The notes under the pieces were generated by a model. That model did not search any database. It was not told the DNA's origin and saw only the letters and a list, made by a program, of their open reading frames with translations. A stretch of 64,000 nucleotides of DNA from Macrostomum hystrix (Eukaryota > Animalia > Platyhelminthes): contig CATNEN010000038.1 of assembly GCA_950097015.1 (NCBI GenBank), positions 22,010,001 to 22,074,000 of the forward strand, written 5' to 3'. A program made the position numbers and the translations under genes. This document shows, piece after piece, positions 25,101 to 38,200 of the stretch; positions within the stretch are counted from its first letter, which is position 1; every line of letters starts with the position of its first letter.

Positions 25101-25152
25101 GAATGTCTCTCCGAATCTCTGAATGTCTCTCGAAATCTCTGAAGTTCTCTCT
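16137..25152. repeat. ~9-kb satellite of 19/20-bp units (GAATC[T/C]CTGAATGTCTCTC[C/T], variant GAATCTGTAAATGTCTCTCC), ~450 copies, with higher-order repeats
   Basis: Continuous tandem array. Rare variants recur at a 1736-bp offset. Confidence 0.98.
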
Positions 25153-25350
25153 GAGCATTCTTGTCCATTGGTGACAGTAAAACGTCATGAATTTGTTCGT
25201 CGTTTTTAACACTAAATTTTTAGTTGTATGCTTTTTAATTTCAAGCAACTACAATTTTACTCAATATTTTCTTCAGCTTGAGGACAAATAATAAGTAATA
25301 AAACGACACTGTTGCCATCATACTACTAACAGTAGCTGTAATTTTAAAAA

Positions 25351-28300
25351 ATGTCGTCTCGCCTGGTGTTTGGCGGTCAGCCACTTCTAACAGGCGGCTG
25401 TCTAGTATCTAGTAACAGTGGAGCTGTCGCTGTTTTGACTAGCCGAGGCGTGGCCTTACTTAGCCTAGACTTGGACCCCGCTTGGCAAGGCCAGTCGTCT
25501 AGTCTAAATAGTAACCACGACAACGAATTGACTGACGAGACGGACCATGAATTCGATGCGGATAATGGCGGCGAAGGATTTTGCTTTCGGTTAACTTGTT
25601 CCGCGTCCCTACGAGACAGGTTAGTTGGCGATCTTATTGGTTCACATTAATTTGTGGTGCAGCCTAGTCGAGAAGGCTTGAGGGCCAACTTACAAGGCAG
25701 CTGACAGATGTACACACCTGTGTGAGCGTGTGCCTGCGTACAGTATCTGTGTTCGGGCCGTTTCAATCTCCTATTCTGAAGTTTTTCGAGTTTGTCTAAT
25801 TTTAAGATCATAAAAAAGGGGAAAGTGGGTTTTTATGTAAAGAAGACAACTTCCTCCTGAGAGACAATTCAAATCAATCGAAAATTCACACCTGTGACTT
25901 ATCAAAAAGAGGAATTTGCTTGCAAATAAGGTTGGCCTGGATCAACCTCACTGTCCCCAAATAGAAGATTTTGAGCTTGAAGTTATATTACCTCAATCTC
26001 ATCCAAAGGAGTTCTATTCGTACGTTACTATCATTTGCGTAAAACGGCCCTTTTATTAGCGGTAAATTCAAACCGGTATTATACGAGCGTATAGTATTTT
26101 AAAGTACTCTTCGCTGATATTCCGATATTTGAATCTTTTTCGCTAAAACGGCCCCTTTAAGGAACTTTTCAGTTACAAAGCTAAAACCAATAAATTTATT
26201 CAGTTACCGTCTACCGTTGGCCATCGATCCGGCGATGCTAAAATCAATCAGCCATCTGCCAGATGCTGTAACGGATCCGTTGCGCTCGTTTCACATCCTA
26301 GCTAGACAATTCCCGGCTAGTTCAATAATAATTGACGAAGCTACTAAGACAATTAAACAGCGCAAATCAACAGATCCATTGGTTAGCGATAGTTGCCATG
26401 ACAGGGCTCCCATTGACGGCTTTGTCAAAGCTGATTGGTCGCCATTTGAGCGGTTCGGTCGTGGCTGTTTAGCAGCGGTTTCCAACTCCGGTAGGCTAGT
26501 TCTGCTTGGCTGCAGTCGGTCATTAATTGAAGCCGAATCTATGCGCGTTATAGCCGAGCCTGGCCAATCATGGTGCAGCGCCTATGTACAAGTTGGCCGC
26601 GTTGTCCAATCAGAATCGTCCGATCCGACAGGCGAATTGAATTTTCTAAGTCGAACAAATTTGACTAATTCTGACGTCGATGATAAAGATTCTACTGGCG
26701 GTAGTTATATCTGGTGCGATAGGATTGATGAATTCACACTGGCTATCATGGATATGTGCTTCGCTGGCGTCAGCTGGTCTAGGTTGGTATTTGTTTATCC
26801 CGTTTATCCTCAATCCTTTCCCTCCCGTTTATCTTCAATCCTTCCCCCGCCTGTTTATCCTCAATCCTTCCCCGCCTGTTTATCCTCAATCCTTCCCCGC
26901 CTGTTTATCCTCAATCCTTCCCCGCCTGTTTATCCTCAATCCTTCCCCGCCTGTTTATCCTCAATCCTTCCCCGCCTGTTTTTCCTCAATCCTTCCCCGC
27001 TTATTTATCCCCTATCCTTTCCCTCCCGTTTATCTTCAATCCTTCCCCCGCCTGTTTATCCTCAATCCTTCCCCGCCTATTTATCCCCTATCCTTTCCCG
27101 CCTGTTTATCCTCAATCCTTCCCCGCCTGTTTTTCCTCAATCCTTCCCCGCCTATTTATCCCCTATCCTTTCCCTCCCGTTTATCTTCAATCCTTCCCCC
27201 GCCTGTTTATCCTCAATCCTTCCCCACCTGTTTATCCTCAATCCTTCCCCGCCTGTTTTTCCTCAATCCTTCCCCGCCTATTTATCCCCTATCCTTTCCC
27301 TCCCGTTTATCTTCAATCCTTCCCCCGCCTGTTTATCCTCAATCCTTCCCCCGCCTGTTTATCCTCAATCCTTCCCCGCCTGTTTATCCTCAATCCTTCC
27401 CCGCCCGTTTATCCCCTATCCTTCCGCGCCTATTTATCCCCTATCCTTTCCCGCCTGTTTATCTTCAATCCTTCCGCGCCTGTTTATCCCCAATCCTTCC
27501 CCGCCCGTTTATCTTTGCCCTTTATTGCCCTTTTAATGCCCTTTTAATCCATGTCAATCAGGCAAATGCGACCCAAGCCGTGGCACGCGCTTCTAGCCGG
27601 CGTCACCCGGTCCGGAATTCTAGTGCTGTTTAGTTACAATCCGGCTAGCCAAACTGCTGCATTGTTACACGCTACCTATGCGGCCTCGTCAATCAATTTG
27701 AATCAATCTGATACTTTAACTAATTTCGGTTTACAAGCCTGTTCAATTAGACTATGCGATCTAACAGCTAGTTCAAACTCGACTGAGGCAGATAGCAGCC
27801 TACTAGCTTTAATTGGACTATGCGATGGTCGCGTGTTGGGCATTAAAATACGATTAATCAATAGAGCTATCAGCTCAGATTGCATTGCACTAACTAGCGC
27901 TGGTCCCGATTGGTGTCTGTGGCGTTGGCCTGACCAATTGCAAATGTTGGACGCCGTTTGGTCCACTGCTGAGCGATTTGGCTGCGTTGCTAAGGGCGCT
28001 CATCTGGTTAGCTTCTCTTTAAAGCGGTAAGACCAGTGGTGTTCTAGTACATACGTGTTAGATACTAGCAGCTGTGTTCTGTGTATACACCTGTTAGATA
28101 CTAGCAGCTGTGTTCTGTACACACCTGTTAGATACTAGTAGCAGTGTTCTGTACACACCTGTTAGATACTAGTAGCAGTGTTCTGTACACACCTGTTAGA
28201 TACTAGCAGCAGTGTTCTGTACACACCTGTTAGATACTAATAGCAGTATTCTGTGTACACACCTGTTAGATACTACTCGTAGCAGCAGTGTTCTGTACAA

Positions 28301-31043
28301 ATAAATTTTATAATCTACTGTTCTACTGTTCTATAATCTTATTGAAATGTTCCGTTACCCGCAGTGGTGAAGGCGTGGCTGCTAGCACAGTGACTACCAG
28401 CGTTAATAGCCTTCAGATCACTGGCTTAGCCTGCGTTGGTCGCTCAATCTATTACTGCTGTCTGGATGGTCGTCTATTTAGGGCCACATTTGCACCGGAT
28501 ACTACTAGTACAGGTGTCGCTAGTAGTAATACTATCAGTGGAGTAGTGTGTAGCAGTATCTCGGAGCTGCATCTCACTCATAGCGGACCGCCATCTCGTG
28601 TGCTTGACCCCAACTCGGAGTCCTATTATTACGGGCTGTACTGCTCTAGAAATGGCGTCCTAATTGGCGTATTGGAAGGTCGCAGTTTGCAGTGCGGCCG
28701 AAGGTCGAAGCATAAATTAGCATTCCGATTAACCTGTGGAGTTGGCGAGGACAGACTGGTCGGTGAGTGCGTCATGCCTGCGCAGGGGGTTGCTCTGCTG
28801 CATATTGAAGACTGAGGGAGACAGGTAGAGAGCAAGTGAGGGGGAGAGCAAGTGAGGGAGAGAGCAAGTGAGGGGGGGAGCAAGTGTGGGGGAGAGCAAG
28901 TGAGGGGGAGAGCAAGTGTGGGGGAGAGCAAGTGAGGGGGGAGAGCAAGTGAGGGAGAGAGCAAGTGAGGGGGGGAGAGCAAGTGAGGGAGAGAGCAAGT
29001 GAGGGGGAGAGCAAGTGAGGGAGAGAGCTAGTGAGGGGGGGAGAGCAAGTGAGGGAGAGAGCAAGTGTGGGGGAGAGCAAGTGATAGGGAGAGCAAGTGA
29101 GGGGGAGAGCAAGTGTGGGGGAGAGCAAGTGTGGGGGAGAGCAAGTGAGGGGGAGAGCAAGTGAGGGAGAGAGCAAGTGAGGGGGAGAGCAAGTGTGGGG
29201 GAGAGCAAGTGAGGGGGAGAGCAAGTGAGGGAGAGAGCAAGTGAGGGAGACAGGGGGATAGCTAGTGAGGGGTAGGCAGGGGGAGAGCTAGTGAGGGAGA
29301 CAAGGCAGAGCAAGTGAGGGAGACAAGGCGGAGCAAGTGAGGGAGACAGGGCAGAGCAAGTGAGGGGGAAAGAAAGTCAGGGAGACAGGGCAGAGCAAGT
29401 GAGGGGTAGACAGGGGGAGAGCTAGTGAGGGAGACAAGGCGGAGCAAGTGAGGGAGTCAGGGCAGAGCTAGTGAAGGAGACGGGAGAGCAAGTGAGTGAG
29501 ACAGAGGGAGAGCAAGTGAGTGAGACAGGGGGAGAGCAAGTGAGTGAGACAGGGGGAGAGCAAGTGAGTGAGACAGGGGGAGAGCAAGTGAGTGAGACAG
29601 GGGGGAGAGCAAGTGAGTGAGACAAGGGGAGAGCAAGTGAGTGAGACAGGGGGGAGAGCAAGTGAGTGAGACAGGGGGGAGAGCAAGTGAGTGAGACAAG
29701 GGGAGAGCAAGTGAGTGAGACAGGGGGGAGAGCAAGTGAGTGAGACAGGGGGAGAGCAAGTGAGTGAGACAGGGGGGAGAGCAAGTGAGTGAGACAGGGG
29801 GAGAGCAAGTGATGGAGGCAGGAAGGGGAGAGCAAGTGAGGGAGACAGGGAGAGCAAGTGAGGAGACAGGATAGAGCAAGTGAGTGAGGGAGTGAGGTGT
29901 CAACTGGAATGATGAGCAAGCTTTTTACTGCGCTCACCTGTGCTCAACTTCAGAACTGCTTCGCAGCGCTGACCGTCCGATTGGACAAAAACTGGACGTT
30001 CTGGAAGCTGTTCGCCACGTGTACTATCGGGACAAGTTTACGTCCGCCAATTTTTTAGGCGCCGAGTTGGACGGCCTGACCGAGATAATGCGAAATCCGG
30101 CCACAATTCTGGCCCTCGGCAGTGAGTTGCACAACCTGCGCGTGCTCAGATTTCTTCTGTCACTTGCTGGCGGGCAGGCTGCTATGACAATGGCCCGAGC
30201 TATTGAAGGGCTTATGATTTTAAAGCACTGCGGCATAGCGTTGCGCTATCTATTGCGCATGGTTGGCGATGATCTATCAGGTAAGCGAAACTCATTTAAA
30301 TATCGGTTAAATATTACCTTTACGATTTTTTCGATACATATCGCCAACATGACGACCCAAATAATTTCTTTGCACTTTGTTGCATTTGAAAAAAACTCTT
30401 TCAGTCAGTTCCCTACTTCGGTTCCCTCTGTCTATTCCCTTTCTAATTATTAGGTAAACAGCAGCAGCAGCAGTTGCTCAAGCGCCAGCAAAATCCAAGC
30501 GATCGTGATCTGCTAGTCCTAGATTGCATGCTGGATGCCCTGCGCCTGGCTTGCGATGCAGATCCGCGCCTTCTGGGCGCTGCCCGCTCTGCGTGGCGTC
30601 TCGACTCTATAATTGAACGCGCTAAAAATCTGCTAGTTCAATACGAAAGACAGCGAGAACAGCAGCAGCAGCAGCAGAAATCAACTTGGAAAACTTGCAT
30701 TGTCTGCCAATCGGATTATAACAGCAGTAGCAGTAGCGACTCGCCAACTTCTTCCGTAGCGATGCCCTCGATGGATCACCTTGCCGGCGTCTGCTGCCGC
30801 AATGGTCACGCATTTGCCCGCTGTTATCGCAGCTTATTACCGGTGACAGGCGGCCCTGAGTCCGGCGCCTTTCTGCGCTGCAGCCTCTGTCCAGCCTCTA
30901 GCCTTACTACTACCAGTAGTTGCTTCCTACCTGATGTCAATGTTAGTGAACAAGTTAGCAACGATTGGTTAGCCTGGTTGCTTAGCAGTGACGCCTGCCT
31001 CTTTTGCGACGCACCCATTTTGCCAATACAATCTAGTCTATAA
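25351..31043 (+). CDS. GTF3C4: General transcription factor IIIC subunit 4 (TFIIIC90/delta); exons 25351-25619, 26204-26782, 27562-28026, 28365-28762, 29954-30280, 30454-31043
   Basis: N-terminal propeller motif ADWSPF..GCLAAVSNSGRLVL like TFIIIC-delta. C-terminal Cys/His finger CIVC..CRNGHAFARCYRSLLPV..RCSLC..CLFCD (zf-TFIIIC-like). All splice phases are consistent. Confidence 0.78.
26790..27515. repeat. 25/26-bp pyrimidine-rich minisatellite (CCTGTTTATCCTCAATCCTTCCCCG) in GTF3C4 intron 2
   Basis: Tandem copies start ~8 bp after the donor. Confidence 0.95.
28038..28298. repeat. ~34-bp minisatellite (ACACCTGTTAGATACTAGCAGCAGTGTTCTGTAC) in GTF3C4 intron 3
   Basis: About 7 tandem copies. Confidence 0.92.
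28826..29892. repeat. Purine-rich 17-bp then 22-24-bp minisatellite (GAGAGCAAGTGAGGGGG / GAGAGCAAGTGAGTGAGACAGGGG) in GTF3C4 intron 4
   Basis: Tandem copies; the unit lengthens along the array. Confidence 0.95.
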
Positions 31044-31129
31044 GTAAAGCCTGTTGCGAGAAGTAATCTAGGTTGTAATCTTTGCAAAATTCGTAACAAA
31101 CCGCGTTTAGAGCATTTCAAAATTTGATA

Positions 31130-31510
31130 CTTTAGTACTTTCATAGTACTTTTCTTTAGTACGCTAGTACTTTAGTACGCTAGTACTTTAGTACGCTAGT
31201 ACTTTAGTACGCTAGTACTTTAGTACGCTAGTACTTTAGTACGCTAGTACTTTAGTACGCTAGTACTTTAGTACGCTAGTACTTTAGTACGCTAGTACTT
31301 TAGTACGCTAGTACTTTAGTACGCTAGTACTTTAGTACGCTAGTACTTTAGTACGCTAGTACTTTAGTACGCTAGTACTTTAGTGCGCTAGTACTTTAGT
31401 GCGCTAGTACCTTAGTGCGCTAGTACTTTAGTGCGCTAGTACTTTAGTGCGCTAGTACTTTAGTGCGCTAGTACTTTAGTGCGCTAGTACTTTAGTACGC
31501 TAGTGCTTTA
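31130..31510. repeat. 16-bp minisatellite (TAGTACGCTAGTACTT), ~22 copies, 3' of GTF3C4
   Basis: Near-perfect tandem copies. The TAGTGCGC variant is confined to the 3' copies. Confidence 0.97.
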
Positions 31511-32046
31511 GTTCGTACGTCGTTATGAAATATCGATGTCAGATGATCGTAGCTTTGTTGGGTCGAAACTATTTTGTAAGTCGCTTGTGTAAAATGCATT
31601 TTGTCGTTGCATTAAGATTAAAATTAAAATTCTGTGCTACTGCTAGTACTACGTGTATTTTTACGCAATTTCTGTTTACCTATTATGTGAATGTTTCAAA
31701 TAAAAAAGATTTTGCAACGCATAAGATTTTGCGCTAACTCTTCTGCTCTTTTGTTAGGTTTAACCGTTTAAATAAAATTAGCATTTCCTATATATATGTT
31801 TGTTATATTTTTGTCAAGCTGGTGTTAGAACAATGGCCTATTCTATCGCATTTTGTTACAGGCGCGAGTTTTGTCACACAGATAATTTCTAAATTCCATC
31901 GGTTTTAAAATATGGCATATTTTAGCCCAATTAAAGCTTTAGTTTTCTTTCTTGGAGGTCTTGGGTTAGATTTTTAACTCAGGGAAAACAATTTGGTAGA
32001 CTTAATTTTGTAGTTACATATAGTTCCCTGTTCACCCGGCTCTCAG

Positions 32047-32083
32047 TCCCCCAGTCCATGGACTGGACAGCGGTACGCAGCCG
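32047..32083 (+). mobile_element. SINE tail fragment
   Basis: ccccagtccatggactggacagcggtacgcagcc matches the SINE family tail. Confidence 0.6.
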
Positions 32084-32224
32084 TTTCTGTCTATCTTTGT
32101 GAAATAAAATATTGTATCTTTTCTCTGGATTTCAGTCATGATTTGAAGATTATTTCAACCATTTTAAAAAAAGAAACAAATAAATAATTTAAAAAAAGGC
32201 GTCCATAATTGACTGCCACTGAAA

Positions 32225-35200
32225 ATGCAAGTAAATTGCGACGATCTACTACAGTCGCACACCAGATGGCAGGCTGACAAATCCGGTTGCTTACATGTAC
32301 TAATAGGCAAAGATTCCTCTTTTAGTTCCGCAGCTGTCGATGGTTCGAAGTCCAAATCGAAGTCTTCTTCATCGTCGAGCCGATGGGCGGGCGAAGCTTG
32401 CATTTGTCGCCTAGTTGGCAATCTGCTGTTCGTCACTAAAGGCATCGATCCTGTTGTTGTTGGCCAGGAATGCGACTATCTGATAGTATTGGAGGCCTGC
32501 AAATTAGAGATTGATTATACGCCTAAGATAGGCCAGTCCGACTATCCGTTTCGTCTAGTGTTCACTCACGAAAGTCAGACCGTACTATTTAGAGCGTCGA
32601 GCGAAGACGATCGCAGCTCTTGGATTGCCGCCATTCGCGAGGCCTCTATATTTGATAAATTAGATTTAGCCGAATCTGCTAGACAGAAAATTATCGAAAT
32701 CACTGGTCAAGATCCGTTGGAGCCAACCCTAGTTGAAGAGGACGACAATCGGGACAATGATGCCGACTTGTTGAAAACTATCTGGCCGCCAATCGATGGC
32801 GACTCAAAATTAACAGCTCAGGCCAGTAAGTCAGCCTCCGGTACTGCCGGCGGTCTTGAATTAGACTTGGCTCTGCGCAATCTGCCAGCTATTGCCGCTG
32901 ATCCGCGCCAGTATCCCAATGCTCACGTTGAAGTGCACGCCAGAACACCGCCGCTGCAGGCGGACTGGGCTCTTGTTGGCCGCACGGACATTGTTGAGAA
33001 CTGTGACGGGCCGATGTTTAGAAAATTGGTAGGTTATAATCATCGATTGAATATTTAAGAAATTCTAAGATTTTTCACTTTAGAGTTTAGACGATCGAAG
33101 TGGGTGAGTAGGAGGATTAGTGGCGGGGCGGTCTGATTCTGAATGTGGATTATCCTATTCTGAATGTGGATTATCCTATTCTATAATCCACATTCGTGTT
33201 CTAAATGTGGATTATCCTATTCTGAATGTAGATTATCATATTCTGAATGTGGATTATCCTATTCTGAATGTGGATTATCCTATTCTGAATATTGATTATC
33301 CTATTCTGAATGTGGATTATCCTATTCAGAATGTGGATTATCATATTCTGAATGTGGATTATCGTGTTCTAAATGTGGATTATCCTATTCTGAATGTGGA
33401 TTATCCTATTCTGAATGTGGATTATCCTATTCTGAATGTGGATTATCATATTCTGAATGTGGATTATCATATTCTGAATGTGGATTATCCTATTCTGAAT
33501 GTGGATTATCCTATTCTGAATGTGGATTATCCTATTCTGAATGTGGATTATCCTATTCTGAATGTGGATTATCCTATTCTGAATGTGGATTATCATGTTC
33601 TGAATGTAGATTATCCTATTCTGAATGTGGATTATCCTATTCTGAATGTGGATTATCCTATTCTAAATGTGGATTATCCTATTCTGAATGTGGATTATCC
33701 TATTCTGAATGTGGATTATCGTGTTCTGAATGTGGATTTTCCTATTCTGAATGTGGATTATCCTATTCTGAATGTGGATTATCATATTCTGAATATGGAT
33801 TATCCTATTCTGAATGTGGATTATCCTATTCTGAATGTGGATTATCCTATTCTGAATGTAGATTATCATATTCTGAATGTGGATTATCCTATTCTGAATA
33901 TGGATTATCATATTCTGAATGTGGATTATCATATTCTGAATATGGATTATCCTATTCTGAATGTGGATTATCCTATTCTGAATGTGGATTATCCTATTCT
34001 GAATGTGGATTATCCTATTCTGAATGTGGATTATCCTATTCTGAATGTGGATTATCCTATTCTGAATGTGGATTATCCTATTCTGAATGTGGATTATCCT
34101 ATTCTGAATGTGGATTATCCTATTCTGAATATGGATTATCCTATTCTGAATGTGGATTATCCTATTCTGAATGTGGATTATCCTATTCTGAATATGGATT
34201 ATCCTATTCTGAATGTGGATTATCCTATTCTGAATGTGGATTATCATATTCTGAATGTGGATTATCCTATTCTGAATGTGGATTATCATATTCTGAATGT
34301 GGATTATCATATTCTGAATGTGGATTATCCTATTCTGAATGTGGATTATCCTATTCAGAATGATGATTATCATATTCTGAATGTGGATTATCGTGTTCTA
34401 AATGTGGATTATCATATTCTGAATATGGATTATCGTGTTCTAAATGTGGATTATCCTATTCTGAATGTTGGATTATCCTATTCTGAATATGGATTATCAT
34501 ATTCTGAATGTGGATTATCGTGTTCTAAATGTGGATTATCCTATTCTGAATGTGGATTATCATATTCTGAATGTGGATTATCCTATTCTGAATGTAGATT
34601 ATCCTATTCTGAATGTAGATTATCCTATTCTGAATGTAGATTATCCTATTCTGAATGTGGATTATCCTATTCTGAATATGGATTATCCTATTCTGAATGT
34701 AGATTATCCTATTCTGAATGTAGATTATCCTATTCTGAATGTAGATTATCCTATTCTGAATGTAGATTATCCTATTCTGAATGTGGATTATCATATTCTG
34801 AATGTGGATTATCATATTCTGAATGTGGATTATCATATTCTGAATGTGGATTATCGTGTTCTAAATGTGGATTATCCTATTCTGAATGTGGATTATCCTA
34901 TTCTGAATATGGATTATCCTATTCTGAATGTGGATTATCCTATTCTGAATGTGGATTATCATATTCTGAATGTGGATTATCCTATTCAGAATGTGGATTA
35001 TCCTATTTATAATGTGGATTATCATATTCTGAATGTGGATTATCCTATTCTGAATGTGGATTATCCTATTCATAATGTGGATTATCATATTCTGAATGTG
35101 GATTATCCTATTCTGAATGTGGATTATCCTATTCTGAATGTGGATTATCCTATTCTGAATGTGGATTATCATATTCTGAATGTGGACTATCCTATTCTGA

Positions 35201-38200
35201 ATCTAGATAACTTTTGACTCATGATTTGATTATTCATCGATGAATTACCCTGAAAATCCGCAGGTAGTAATTCCGGAGGGACAGTACAGCGACAATTCGA
35301 CAATTCTGCGATTCGACATATTCGACGTACGTGATCAGGCCAGCCGCACAACGCGCCAGCTCTATTCTGCAGAGGCCAGCCTTACTCAGTTGCGTGGCTC
35401 AGCCGAAGTTCGTCTGTCGCCCGGCCGCGCTGGCGACATCGCCGCTGGTGACAAAAATCAACAGGGCCAGGATGAGACACCCACCCTGACTGTAAATATG
35501 CGAGTGTAAGCGTAATTTGTTAATCACTTTTTCGAGTTCTTTCAGGGGCAAACATGTCCTCTCATAAACTAAGAATAAAAGTACATATATTATTAGTATT
35601 ATAATAATGTCTAAAAAAATCTAGGTTAAAATCTGCTATTAAAAGAAAAATAAAAACCATTTTTAGAACCTGAAAAGTCTCATTCGGGTACCATTGTTCG
35701 AAATCCAGATCCCTGATTAGATTCAAAGCAATAAAACTCCAATCAAAGCAATTAAGAACATTCTGTTGCTAGGCGTTCCAACCAGCTCGGTGGTTCCAGC
35801 AAGAGCCGGCATTCTGTACTGTTGCGCCACCTGTGCACAGAGCAGCGCTTGGTAGCTTCTCACGCCTACAAATTCAAGATGGAACCAACTGCCGGCTCTA
35901 CACAGCTCGCTGTGCAGGAGTTTATGTGCGATCTCAAATGCGGCATGCACCTGCCAATGCAGGTGGGTTCAATTATATTATTAGTTAGTTCCCACGCAAT
36001 CACATCCATGAAGCAATTCAATAGAATTCCTTTAGATAAGTTCCGATCCCATCCAAATTGATATCATTTAATCAGATTTCACCCAATCAGTTTCTTATCC
36101 GATCCGATCTCATCCACTGAGATCTTATCTAATCAGTTCTTATCCGATCCGATCTCATCCACTGAGATCTTATCTAATCAGTTTCTTATCCGATCCGATC
36201 TCATCCACTGAGATCTTATCTAATCAGTTTCTTATCCGATCCGATCTCATCCACTGAGATCTTATCTAATCAGTTTCTTATCCGATCCGATCTCATCCAC
36301 TGAGATCTTATCTAATCAGTTTCTTATCCGATCCGATCTCATCCACTGAGATCTTATCTAATCAGTTTCTTATCCGATCCGATCTCATCCACTGAGATCT
36401 TATCTAATCAGTTCTTATCCGATCCGATCTCATCCACTGAGATCTTGTCTAATCAGTTCTTATCCGATCCGATCTCATCCACTGAGATCTTATCTAATCA
36501 GTTCTTATCCGATCCGATCTCATCCACTGAGATCTTGTCTAATCAGTTTTTATCCGATCCGATCTCATCCACTAAGATCTTATCTAATCAGTTCTTATCC
36601 GATCCGATTTCATCCAATCAGAGCTCATCCAATCAGAACCCATCCAATCAGAGCTCATCCAATCAGATCTTATCTAATCAGATCTCTCCTAATCAGATCC
36701 ACCTTAGGTATTTTAATCAGATTTCATCTGTTTAGTTATTAACCCATCCGATCTTTTTAAATAATAATCCAAATATATTTAGCCCCACTTCCATCTCATC
36801 CATTCCCAATCAATCTCATTCCATAACTCCCGCCGAACAACAATGAAACTCGCCTCTGCCAGGTAGCCGCCATCGAGACAGCCCGTCTCCGCGCCCTGGA
36901 GGCCGCCTTGTCCAGCCTAGGCGAGCACAATTGTCCCCAGCAGCATCGGTCCGATCTGATGCCGTTGTATCGCCTTGGCGCCACAGACAAGCTGCTGATT
37001 CCGCAGGTTTCCGTCCTCTGCCAAGAATTCGCCGCCTGCGTTGAAGAGACCAATCGTCGATTGTTTGACGGCGACTTTCTCAAATTGAGTCGCCTGCGCG
37101 CCAATCAACAATTAGGCTTCGTGCCGCCGAATCTGCAGCTGCATCGGCTGGCTGTGGTCGATAGTCGGGAAAAGCCCATAGACTATTTGGACATTGTTTC
37201 TATGGGAGCGCCTGCGGCGCATTGTTTAAAGTTTAAAAAGGGTGGCCTACTGTCCGCTTACAAATGTGTACAAGGATTAAAGGAATCTCTCGATATTTGC
37301 GGCGAGGTGAGTGCAGTGTGTGTGCAGTTAAATTCGTTATTTTACCAATGTGCCAGGCTTGGCACATGAAATACATAAACGTACAAATATTTGCAGTCAA
37401 GTGCCGAGTAATCCTCTCAGGATTTTCTTAAACTTGCATCTGGCATTCTTATTTCCGATCGGGCCGGCATATGTGGGCTGATATGGGCCGATATGTTGGC
37501 TGATACGGGCCGACATGTGGGCTGATATGGGCCGATATGTGTGGGCTGATATGGGCCGATATGTGTGGGCTGATATGGGCCGATATGTGGGCTGATATGG
37601 GCCGGCATATGTGGGCTGATATGGGCCGATATGTGGGCTGATATGGGCCGGCATATGTGGGCTGATATGGGCCGATATGTGTGGGCTGATATGGGCCGAT
37701 ATGTGGGCTGATATGGGCCGGCATATGTAGGCTGATATGGGCCGATATGTGGGCTGATATGGGTCGATATGTGTGGGCTGATATGGGCCGATATGTGTGG
37801 GCTGATATGGGCCGATATGTGTGGGCTGATATGGGCCGGCATATGTGGGCTGATATGGGCCGATATGTGGGCTGATATGGGCCGGCATATGTGGGCTGAT
37901 ATGGGCCGATATGTGTGGGCTGATATGGGCCGATATGTGGGCTGATATGGGCCGGCATATGTAGGCTGATATGGGCCGATATGTGGGCTGATATGGGTCG
38001 ATATGTGTGGGCTGATATGGGCCGATATGTGTGGGCTGATATGGGCCGATATGTGTGGGCTGATATGGGCCGATATGTGGGCTGATATGGGCCGGCATAT
38101 GTGGGCTGATATAGGCCGATATGGGCCGATATGTGTGGGCTGATATGGGCCGATATGTGTGGGCCGATATGGGCCGATATGTGTGGGCTGATATGGGCCG

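Noticed and set aside
16137-25248. Long minus-strand ORFs (RDSERHSGIRRDIQ...)
   Set aside because: Translations of the 20-bp satellite. Frequent 19-bp units shift the frame and there is no unique coding sequence.
25750-26170. Shared AAAACGGCCC motifs with 49920-50110 suggesting a common MITE
   Set aside because: Similarity is too short and patchy to define termini or TSDs by eye.
33120-35217. 630-aa and other ORFs (ILNVDYP repeats)
   Set aside because: A 21-bp intronic repeat that happens to lack stops; it lies between phase-matched INPP4 exons.
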